A stretch of DNA of 64,000 bases from Marsupella aquatica (taxonomy: Eukaryota; Plantae; Marchantiophyta): contig OZ316891.1 of assembly GCA_973895155.1 (NCBI GenBank), positions 25,481,899 to 25,545,898 on the forward strand, in the 5' to 3' direction. This document shows, piece by piece, positions 24,040-34,862 of the stretch. Under the pieces are notes generated by a model, which saw nothing but the letters and a program-made list of their open reading frames with translations, was not told the origin of the DNA and searched no databases. Positions within the stretch are counted from its first letter, which is position 1; the number at the start of each line of letters is the position of its first letter. The position numbers and the translations under genes were made by a program.

Positions 24040-24662
24040 TCGTTTATTGGAGATGCTAATTATAGGGTGGTGGGATGGATTACTCGAGTTTGTGGTTTCA
24101 CAAATATCAATCTGTTTTCATCGAGTGAATCATAATGTTAGCGAGGTCCATAATGGTAACTTTTATGGTGTTTGAGTTTGTTGTTTATGGTTAGCAATAT
24201 CTCTAGTCTTAGGAAGTCTGCTACATCCTGACAGAAACATTCGACTTTCAAACGTGTTAACCTATCGACAAGTTTCTATAGAGTTCACGGTTTGATCATT
24301 AAAATGATGCCAGTTTTTGGCTAGCGAGATTGCTAGTCTGATCAACGGAATTTAGGACAGGATGTGACAGGATGTTTAGGGTTTAGGGATGAAAGTTTTC
24401 CCTGAAGTTGTTGTGGTAATACTCTATCAAATTGATTATCGAAGATGAACACAGTTCTATACTAGCGATATCGCTAGTCTAGGAAGGGTCCAACTGTGAC
24501 TTCCAAATAAACGTACTATGTACAAAATGACATTCCAGAGCATCACATAGAATGGAAAGGACCACCCAAACTTTACTTCTCATACATATTGAAAGTACAT
24601 GAGGACATGTGGTTCGCTTGTAACTACAAAAATTTCAGTAAATCCACAACCTGACCCTCCCC

Positions 24663-25148
24663 TCAGGGGCTGGACGCCTTCCATGCATCGGAGTCAGTGT
24701 CTGACTCAGAATCGTAATCCAAAGAGGCGAGGCGTTCCTCGGTCCAGTAGTCATAGATCTCCCTCTCAATCCAATACTGCTCCTCTTTTGCGAGCCTCTT
24801 CCTCTTCGATACAACCTCGCGCTGTGTGGTATCCACCTTTGGCTTCGGTGGAGACTTCGCTGCTGGAATTAACTTTGGAGGAGTAGGTGTTCTCCTCAAT
24901 GATGATGATGATCCAACAGATTGACGGAGTTTGGTTGGGACACTGCTGCCTGCGGAGACCTTCACAGTCTCTGCATCGGGTTTCTGCTTCGGAGGAGAGT
25001 CATCTTCAAGCGGGCCATCTGTCGCCGGGTACGTTGTAACGACGGATCTCAAGTCGCCATTTCCCTTGAGGAGGATTGCTTGGAACACCAGACATTTCTC
25101 TGCACTTACGAAACCCAAACAGTGATTAAGGAGAACGGCATTCAACAA
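24663..25148 (-). CDS. Hypothetical Ser/Pro-rich protein fragment with acidic tail
   Basis: Open frame of 161 codons convergent on the MULE gene; no family recognised. Confidence 0.25.
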   Translation of the reverse strand: MLNAVLLNHCLGFVSAEKCLVFQAILLKGNGDLRSVVTTYPATDGPLEDDSPPKQKPDAETVKVSAGSSVPTKLRQSVGSSSSLRRTPTPPKLIPAAKSPPKPKVDTTQREVVSKRKRLAKEEQYWIEREIYDYWTEERLASLDYDSESDTDSDAWKASSP

Positions 25149-25738
25149 ATGGAAACACTATTCACGATGAAATACAATGAATGTCATGCCTTGTCAAAGA
25201 GTGATTCTCTTAAAACAGCTCAGAACCATAGACCCGCGCTAACCTGATCTGGATCTAGAGTACTTGGAACACTGATAGCAGTTCTGAATGAAAGATCTCG
25301 AGCTGGACGCGGTGGAAGTGATCGGAAGAATGATTCGGAAGACTGGTGGTTTTTGGGATAGCGGATTTGTTTAAGTGGACGGTTCACCGCCTTGGATTTG
25401 CCTCTGGTTCGAACGGTAAGTGTCCCGTTCACTTGCAAGTGACTTAATTAGTGTCCAAACGGCCTTAATCCTCCTTTCCTCAGCAGTAATGACACGTTGA
25501 TTCTTTTCACGCGGGAATCGCGCAGTACTTTTTCGTTATTACTCTTCCTCGGGTGGGAATTTTCACATGTGGAAGCCTGTACGTGGAGACCGTACCTTGT
25601 TTGAGTGGCTCAATGTGTTGGCATCATTAGACTAGCAATTTTGCTGTCCTGAAGATATGTCATTTTGATCTATTGCGTTCACGGGACTAGAATCGTCCAT
25701 GGGTAGCCGTCTATATTTGTTGATCGAACAGGGTCTCC

Positions 25739-27091
25739 ATGCTAGCAAGGAATATTCCAGACCTTTTTTGGGCCCCAATACAAGGTGACATCTTGCCCGT
25801 GCAAGCAAAAATTCTATTGTTTGCTTGCACGTTACAATTACCCAGTGGCAAGCGGTCCTACGTCCATAAAAGTAGGAAAAGAAAGAGTCCATCTTCCCAG
25901 ACATCTAGAAGAGACACATCTTTGGCACGTCAAGATGTGTTGTTGATAAACACTAAGGACTGTTGTAGTGAACATTGTTGCCAATATTTGAACCACAACT
26001 TGGCTATGGCAATTAGGCAAAAGTGGTGGTCAAAATCTTTTGCGGAGCGCAAGGAGGAGGAAATCAAGGCTATTAAAAATACAATACACTTGGGTACTGG
26101 AGAAAGGATTCTAGCAGTGGAGGGCAAAGTATTGTGCTTGGAGGCATGGAGAATCATTCATTCAAGAGGAAAGACTCAATTTTATGCCTTGAAGAAGACG
26201 GTGATGGCTGGAATGAACATAGGTATCCATGGTAATGCTGGAAAAAGGCGTATGTCCGAGAAAGTATCTCAAGCGTTCATGTCAATGAAAGAGATTATTG
26301 AGGAGGCAGCTGATCATCATCCAGCCAAGTTGAGAACCATGGCAGATAATACAAGGATGGTTTTGAGGGAATTGCCAACAAATCTTACTTGGGAGAATAT
26401 TAGAAACAAGGTTAATGTTGTCAACTAGGAGGCTGGTCTTCCTCCAATTTCCCAACCCACCTTGAGTCATCTACATCAGATGTATTTCAGGGAGTTCTCA
26501 CGTCACAAAAAGGGCAACAACTTTTCAAAGTGTACAACTTGTAGTGAGTTGCTTCAACGGAAAGCAAACCTTACAGGAGCTAAGGAAGAGTTAGAGGGCC
26601 TATGGCGTGACAAGGAGGAACATCACCAAGACCACACACAGCAAAGAATGTGCTATCATACCTGGAGATATGAGTCCATCCATCGTCCAAAGGAAGTGTT
26701 ATGCCTTATTCATGATAAGATGGATCATTCAAAGACAGCTCTCCCAAGAATGCCCTTCAATCCTAAGCATGTGGATGGTGCCCAAAAGTTCCCAATTACT
26801 GTCATTGGTATCCTTACTCATGGTCATGGTCCCAAGGCCATAGCCCAATATCATGTTGGAGTGTGGCCAGGTGATGTCAACATCACTATTGGGTCAATTG
26901 ATTCAATACTAAGGATGTTGGAAAACCCAAATCCAATGATCAAATCACTTGTGGAGGGGCCAGACTCGACAAGTCTTTTTAAAGACCTCCTTTTTGGGAG
27001 AGCAGATATCTTGGAGGCAAGTGTCCTTAGAGCATTTGAGGATGACATTGCCTATATCTCAAGCCTAGGTACTTTACTCACAATACTTTAA
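25739..27091 (+). pseudogene. DUF7869-like putative transposase, C-terminally truncated
   Basis: CCSEHCCQ, GKVLCLEAWRIIH, HGNAG, FSKCTTC, LIHDKMDHSKT, GILTHGHG, GDVN; in-frame TAG at 26426; expected downstream DN/GHTH motifs absent. Confidence 0.6.
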
Positions 27092-27728
27092 TTTATTATT
27101 ATTTAATAATATAAGCTCACACACACTGACACTCTACTTTGTGTAGTTGTTGCTCCTCCTAGCCAAGGTTTCATTAATAGGGTTTAAACCCTAAACCCTA
27201 AACTCCAACATTCACTGGTGAGAACCTACAACATGGACACAACAGTAAGCTCAGCTCCCTCATAATCTGTACTGTCTTGCCACTCTGTAGTTGTCTCTTT
27301 AAGTTCATACTGTGCATTTTTAGTTGTAGAAAGGTTTTACGTTTTATCTCTTACGTTTCATGTGTTTAGGATGCTTCTTTCAAACTTGAAACTCTATTGC
27401 TACCCACAGACAGTAGATTGAAGAAAATATCCCGTTGACAATGCCCCATCCATGACAGCCAACATCCAAGACAATCGTATAAACATTGGGTCCAAACAAT
27501 TCAATCACATCCACAATATTGACATCCATGCATAAACATCAATGGGAATGTTCCTCATACTGGTATACAAAATAATTACCAAATAAATAAATAGATTTTG
27601 AGTACTTTAGATGTTTTAGGAAGCCTTAATCAATTAAACTGGGAGCACTATCTCCATGCTTGTGCTAACCATTCACACAGTTCACAAAATGTGTGATTAT
27701 GACAAAATGTAATTGTTCCATTGATTAA

Positions 27729-28433
27729 CTAACTGTATCGATGTCTACAGTAGTAATGATGTATTTGAACCAAAATGGACCAAAGCCAGGAGATGTGATC
27801 ATGAGCCGCTGTGCTTAGAGCAGGGTCAATAGGATGGTCAGGACAGTAAATCATCCAACGTCCCTGGTCATGTGCAGTATGATGCCAGGGCACTCTGTCC
27901 GATGCAAAACCTTGACGCTTACTCTCGGCTAGGCAAGTACGATGCCAAGTTTTGGGACATCTCAAGAACTGCACGGCCTCTGCCAGATGAGGGTCACCAT
28001 GGTCCTGCTGGCATGCAACACATGTATGGATGGGGCAAGACTCCACATCAAGTGGCAAGCATCCATGACAATAAAAACGAACACAATATGGCTGGGGGCA
28101 CTGCCTGGCAGTAGTAGAGACAATGCCACACTGAAAACACCTGTATGTCTTATCCTTACACTCTGGACAATACCAAGGATCATCATCCTTGCCTGGTGCA
28201 ATAAATACAGCAGGGCACCTGCCAACAACCTCACCAACTTTGGAAACATGGTGGAAGTGCCAATGGCAAGCCCCATCACACATGGCCAGATCTCCATGCC
28301 AGTCACAAATGCCACAAAGCTGGGGACTACACTGACGTTTCTCAACGTCTGACCACAATTCAATCATCAACACATCTTCCTTCTTTCTCGTTCGAGTATC
28401 ATTCTTTCTGGCTTTATGCTTGGTCCTAGCCAT
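27729..28433 (-). CDS. EDM2-like composite PHD-finger protein with N-terminal MARTKHKARK
   Basis: CGICD.GDL..CDG.C..HFH...WYCPEC...CFQC...CPIHTCVAC...RCPKTWHRTCL...IYCPDHPIDPAL.TAAHDHISW follows the EDM2 PHD region; frame open. Confidence 0.75.
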   Translation of the reverse strand: MARTKHKARKNDTRTRKKEDVLMIELWSDVEKRQCSPQLCGICDWHGDLAMCDGACHWHFHHVSKVGEVVGRCPAVFIAPGKDDDPWYCPECKDKTYRCFQCGIVSTTARQCPQPYCVRFYCHGCLPLDVESCPIHTCVACQQDHGDPHLAEAVQFLRCPKTWHRTCLAESKRQGFASDRVPWHHTAHDQGRWMIYCPDHPIDPALSTAAHDHISWLWSILVQIHHYYCRHRYS

Positions 28434-29189
28434 TATGACCACTGGACATGAACAAGAAAACTTGAAGAGTTATTAAACTGTTAAATTGGCTGTCATAAAA
28501 AACGGACTTACCACTTGCATATTGCAATCCAATGTGGGGCCAGAATGGAGAGGACTCACCAATTGTACTCAACCAAGAGGAAGGCAATGAAATTTGGAGA
28601 TTGCCTTGATCGGTTTCAGATGTAGATCTCAATCCCCTCTCATGTCACAAGATGTAAAAACAAGGATTCATAATCTGCAATAGCACAAATGTGACACAAA
28701 ATATCATTTAAATGGAGCCACTACACATAGCACTGGTTTGAGTTGGCAAGGACTATGCATGGACAAACATCACATGGACACTCTTCAACTTTCTTCATTC
28801 ACTGTACCCGATCTAGAGCCATAAGGCATATCTGCCAGGGGGAGTGGGAGTCATTGACAAAGACTTTAACTATTGGATTCAACTTTCATTTAACAATAGA
28901 TTGTGGGCCTTCTGGAACAGAGTCATTGAACAGAGATGTTGAGTGGACTGGTGACATCTTAGATTAAAATGTTGTGCTTAGTAGATAGGGGTTTTGCAAT
29001 GTACTTCAAAAATTTAATTCCACTGAGGTGTTCAAACCCTCAATACAAAATTGTACGAATATATAGAAAAAGTCAAAGCATAAGTTATTTCTCAGTGTTT
29101 AAGTTACTATTTCATCCAAAAATATGCCTTATCTCATTGCATCTTGGTACGTGCGTATTGTGTTAGAATTCCTGCAGGTGTAAACTAAC

Positions 29190-29647
29190 TTCAAATCAAA
29201 CATGATGTGTCCGAGAAACCCCCAATAGCGGGGTTTGGCAGGGCAGGACACCCGAGATCACTATCCACACCATTCAACAATGCAAAGTGGTTCCAAAGGA
29301 TGCATATCCTCCTACTTTGTTTAGCGGCTTTGTCAGCACCGACCAGGGTTGTTGGGTTGACCACCCTACAAGCAACGCAGTCATACTAGCAAGAATGGAT
29401 ACATCCATGCGCTAGGATGGCCTTGATGTGTGGCGCGCACTTCGCCAATAAGTGACACATACACCACGGATGTGGGAAAGGGTAATGCCACAGGTGGAGG
29501 CCGGCTGTAGTCATTCTGCACTACAACTGGATAACGAAAATACCATGCAGAGTGGGCTGGCCATGTGCCACGTCTGACAAACTCTAGACGCAATCTCTCT
29601 ACGGTGCCTGCAAGACTCTGAGAATGAGCGCTGCGAGTCCTCACCAT
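29190..29647 (-). pseudogene. Cys-rich 'MVRT' cargo ORF, copy A (frameshifted)
   Basis: ERLRLEFVRRG..PAHSAWYFRYPVV..NDYSRP; a shifted frame gives CIHSC*YDCVAC...CILWNH, matching 41535-41984. Confidence 0.65.
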
Positions 29648-30649
29648 AGCTATTCTTGATCACGTCCTGTGCTGCTTTGCTCACGTCCACAGCAGGTCCA
29701 CTCGCTCCTGAAACTATAAGACCATGGTTAAAAAACTGGAGATTTCATGACTGACCCTGAATTTCAGTTTATATACAAGGATGAATCCTTCACGTTTTAA
29801 AGGACAAGCTTAGACAGGCTCAAGACTTTCCCAATGCCAACAATTGGTAATTCTATTTACCGCGCACACAAACAAGACTCCATTAACCATACCAAAGTAC
29901 AGAATAGGAGGCCGACCTAGAGAGCAGGTAGCTTTGATCCAAGATTCATAGAAAGAGAAGCAACAACACGAGACAAGATGAAGAAACTCAAAACAGACCT
30001 TGAAACAGAGTGACCACTCCTGACCAAAATGACAGGACCGTCCAAAGTAAGTAAAAATGAAAATTTACAAACATCCACGGAAATACGAGACAATGAAGTG
30101 AGATCTCACTTCAGGGGCTTGGCATGGTGCATGATTCACGCCCTCGCTGGTAAGAAAAGTCTTGGGGTGTTCCAATTGGCGGCAATGAGAGAACCCTCAA
30201 GAAAAAGCACAAATGACAAGGATAGCGCCAATAAAATAGTGAACCACTTGAAGGACTAGGAGGAAGAATGGAACAATCAATTATCAAATCATATTATCAT
30301 GTCCGCGAAAGTAACGAAAGCACTTTCACGCTGAAGTGAAAATTTTCTTCCACAGGCGACACCCGTTAGTTGAAGTAGATGCATGGTTGCTGGGAGATAA
30401 ATTCTTCAGGTAGGAAACACAATTAGATCCACGTTCACAGACTGATGCTCATCTTTGATGCACTCGTTGGAAGCTTTCCACTGTGGAGCCGTCACTACAG
30501 AACCAGAGAACTTCAAGAGAAAACTGAAGACGGCCAACAAGTTGACAGCTAGGGCCATGAATGACTCTGAGAGTGACTTCAGCAGTTCTACAAATGCTTC
30601 ACACAAGTAATCCCACTTCATTTATCACTACTGACTAGGTGATGGTAGT

Positions 30650-33600
30650 AGCGACCACCACTTCATGAGAAGTTGTTTAGAAGGATGCATGATGTACCAC
30701 CCCAGCCTGAGGGGTATAACGACGGAGACAGGAAACAGGTAAACAGGAATTTTTTTTCCTGTTTTTAATATGTTGTTACCATGAAAAAATCACTGTTACC
30801 AGGAAAAATGACAATTTAAAAATGTCTCCAAAAACATGTTATTTCCAAAAAAAATTAACAATGCAACATTTTTGGCGAGCTTTGGGCGCTACTATTAGCA
30901 GCGCCAGGCGCTAGCAAAAAAAACTGGTCGACCAAAAAAAATTCCTTTTTTTTCTCAAAAAAAAAATTCCAAAAAAATTTCGAAAAAATTTTCCACCCAT
31001 TTTCCTGTTACCAGTTTTTTTTCTTGTTACCAGTTTTTGTTATTAAATCCTGTTTCCTATTTGCTGTCTTTTGTAAACACCTCAGCCTGAGTGACAATGT
31101 TAGTCGCTAAAAATGAGGGCTTCAGAGCACATTGTTTTGAGTGGTTTCAGGAGTAACAAACTTACAAAGGATAATAAGAAGTGGACGGGGAAGTGATCCA
31201 CCTTGCAACAATTCTTGGAGGGCCACAATTAAAGGAGGAGGGTTGGGCCCGCCACCATAACAATTCCTCTTTGTTAGCCCCCCCATGGTGAAGCCGTGAG
31301 ACACCCCCATCACGTGTGCCAACTAGTTATAGCAACGACAATGAGGTTTGTGACAAAATGCCAAGGTGGAGAGATTGAGGCACACAAGTGATGGAACATC
31401 ATGAACTCCACACAAATCACTCCAAGACTCTACGGAATTACAAATATGGGGCTTATGTGATGCGACACACAATTCACTCCTTTTAGCACTAGTTCATGGT
31501 TTGGGATCACACTAAAGTGTGCTGCATCACTCAAATACGGGTGCAATTTGTAGTCGCCAAAAGGCGAGGGCCTCAAAGGACATTTTTCCGAGTCAATTGG
31601 GCGTGTACATATAAATACACTTCATTGCAAGTGTTCGCACCCAATTTACTTCTCAACTCAAATAAAGGTGGTATCTTAAGTTGCATTTGCCCTAAACCCT
31701 AAAACCACCTCATTTGTAGTGGGGAACAACAATCACCCTTGGACTACCGCTTCAAGAGAAGTTGTTTGGAGGAATGCGTGATGTACCACCCCAGCTTGAG
31801 TGATAGTATTAGTCGCTAGAAATGAGGGCTTTGAAGAACATAGTTTTTAGTGATTTGGGGAGTGACAAACTTACAATGAATAAGAAGAAGTGGATCCACC
31901 TTGTGGCAATTCTTGGAGGGCCGCGATTAAAGGAGGAGGGTTGGGCCCGCCGCCATACCAATTCCTCTTTGTTAGCACCCCCATGGTGAACCCATGGGAC
32001 ACCCCCATCACTGTGACAACTAGTTATAGCAACGACAATGAGATTGTGACGCATAAATTGCCAAGGTGGAGAGATTTGAGGCACCCAAGTGATGCAACAA
32101 CATGAACTCCACACAAATCACTCCAAGACTCTACGGAATTACAAATATGGGGCCTATTTGATGCATCCACACAATTCACTCCTCTTAGCACTAGTTCATG
32201 GTTTGGGATCACACTAAAGTGTGCTGCATCACTCAAATACGGGTGCAATTTGTAGTCGCCAAAAGGCGAGGGCCTCAAAGGACCTTTTTCCGAGTCAATT
32301 GGGCGTGTACATATAAATACACTTCATTGCAAGTGTTTGCACCCAATTTACTTCTCAACTCAAATAAAGGTGGTATCTTAAGTTGCATTTGCCCTAAACC
32401 CTAAAACCACCTCATTTGTAGTGGTTTGGGAACAACAATCACCCTTGGACTACCGCTTCAAGAGAAGTTGTTTGGAGGAATGCGTGATATACCACCCCAG
32501 CTTGAGTGATAGTATTAGTCGCTAGAAATGAGGGCTTTGAAGAACATAGTTTTTAGTGATTTGGGGAGTGACAAACTTACAATGGATAAGAAGAAGTGGA
32601 TCCACCTTGCGGCAATTCTCGAAGGGCCGCGATTAAAGGAGGAGGGTTGGGACCGCCGCCATACCAATTCCTCTTTGTTAGCCCCCCCATGGTGAACCCA
32701 TGGGACACCCCCATCACATGTGCCAACTAGTTATAGCAACAACAATGAGATTGTGACGCATAAATTGCCAAGGTGGAGAGATTTGAGGCACCCAAGTGAT
32801 GCAACAACATGAACTCCACACAAATCACTCCAAGACTCTACGGAATTACAAATATGGGGCCTATTTGATGCATCCACACAATTCACTCCTCTTAGCACTA
32901 GTTCATGGTTTGGGATCACACTAAAGTGTGTTGCATCACTCAAATACGGGTGCAATTTGTAGTCGCCAAAAGGCTAGGGCCTGAAAGGACCTTTTTTTGA
33001 ATCAATTGGGCGTGTACATATAAATACACTTCATTGCAAGTGTTTGCACCCAATTTATTTCTCAACTCAAATAAAGGTGGTATTTTAAGTTGCATTTGCC
33101 CTAAACCCTAAAACCACCTCATTTGTAGTGGTTTGCCCCCGATCATCCTAGGACTACCACTTCATGAGAAGTTGTTTAGAAGGATGGGTGATGTACCACC
33201 CCAGCTTGAGTGACAATGTTAGTCGCTAGAAATGAGAGCTTTAAAGCACATTGTTTCGAGTGGTTTCCGGAGTGACAGACTTACAATGGATAATGAGAAG
33301 TGGATCCACCTTGCCGCAATTCTCGCAGGGTCACGATTAAAGGAGGAGGGTTGGGCCCGCCGCCACCACAATTCCTCCGTGTTAGCTCCCCCATGGTGAA
33401 CCCATGGGACACCCCCATCACGTGTGCCAACTAGTTATAGCAAAGACAATGAGATTGTGACGCATAAATTGCCAAGGTGGAGAGATTTGAGGCACCCAAG
33501 TGATGCAACATCATGAACTCCACACAAATCATTCCAAGACTCTACAGAATTACAAATATGGGGCTTATTTGATGCATCCACACAATTCACTCCTTTTAGC

Positions 33601-33840
33601 AATAGTTCATGGCAAGTGATCGCACCAATGTGTGTTGCATCACTCAAATATGGATGCAGTTTGTAGTTGCAAGAAGATGAGAGCCCGAAAGGACCTTATG
33701 TTAAGTGGTTGGGCTGGTATTTATGAATGCACTTGATTGGAAGTTCAAACACATAACTTTCCCAACTCAAAACATGGTGGTATTTCAAGTGACAGGTGCC
33801 CAAAACCCTCAAACCACGTGTTCTGTAGTGGTTTGGGTAC
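30650..33840. repeat. Tandem repeat, ~705-bp unit, four copies
   Basis: GAGAAGTTGTTT..AGGA anchors near 30667, 31756, 32462 and 33166; first unit lengthened by a MITE; units contain CCCTAAACCCTAAA. Confidence 0.92.
30712..31082. mobile_element. MITE with 9-bp TSD (Mutator-like), copy 1
   Basis: TSD CAGCCTGAG at 30703-30711 and 31083-31091; sister repeat units show the single empty site; imperfect TIRs (GACAGGAAACAGG / CCTGTTTCCT). Confidence 0.85.
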
Positions 33841-33879
33841 AATTTGTAAAAAATAATTTATTTATCGCTGTAGTTTTGG

Positions 33880-34600
33880 TGGCATGCATATCGTGACTGA
33901 AAATGTATGTTGCTAATGACATCATTGGGAGAGATTTTGGACATCACAAAATAATCCTTTCAATTTTCAGTCATTTGTCAAAACTGTTTTGACACTCTAA
34001 TGTTGATGGCATTTGTAGTTGCAAAATGTATTTAAAGAATGACATTATTCATAGTGATTTCTGAGAATAAAAAATGATCTACTTCATTTCAAGTCATTTG
34101 CAAGGCCCTGCATTGACACTCTACTCTTAGTGGCATTTGGAGTCACTAAAATGTGCGAAGAGAATGACATTCTTTAGAGTGATTTTGGACCAAAAGAGGA
34201 TGTGGCACTTGGTTTGTAGTTGCATCAAATAATATTTATTGGACTCTAATATTAATGGCATTCCTAGTCAGACAATTTGTGATAATAATGACTTTACTTA
34301 AAGAGATTTTATACATTGACAATTAATTCACTCAATCTTAAGTTGTTTGTAAAAATTTCCTTGTCACTAAAATATTTTAAGGGATTTTGCCAAAATTCAT
34401 TTATGACTCCACTATTGGTGATATTTATAGTAACAAAAGGTGTGCTCACAAATGACATTATTTCAAGTAATTAAGATCACTTGGAAAAGATTCACTTGAT
34501 TGGGAGTTGATTGAAAAAACACCTTTACCATTCAAATATTGGTGGTACTTGTATTTGTAGTGCTTTTGGCCAGTAGTAAAATCTTAGTTAAAAATAGAGT
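33880..34600. repeat. Degenerate ~120-bp subterminal repeats of CACTA A
   Basis: Recurring AATGACATT, GACACTCTA and TGGCATTT blocks next to the TAGTG terminus. Confidence 0.55.
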
Positions 34601-34862
34601 TGTAAACATTGACGGTGTAATGGACGGTGGATTGTAGTGATTTGCAAATTGTGTAATATACAACTCTAATTAAAGTGATCTAAGTTTTAGTGGCAAAAAA
34701 AAGAGTTGTAATTAGTGATTAAGGTAACATAGTTCTAATTAGAGTCACAAAATGCAGATTATTACAACCCATTAAAAAAACAGTGGTTGGCACCACGTAT
34801 GAGTTGTTTAGGCAAAGTAGTTGCAAGGCCTGTAGTAGTAAAACACAGGTTTTCTTCTAGTG

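Larger units (their letters stand above)
27200..34862 (-). mobile_element. CACTA element A remnant (5' terminus and cargo; left boundary uncertain)
   Basis: Ends AAAACACAGGTTTTCTTCTAGTG at 34862 (CACTAGAAGAAA on the minus strand); same gene order as element B. Confidence 0.7.

Noticed and set aside
31122-33647. Repeated 66-101-aa ORFs in the 705-bp satellite
   Set aside because: Their recurrence only reflects the DNA repeat; frames are not preserved in all units
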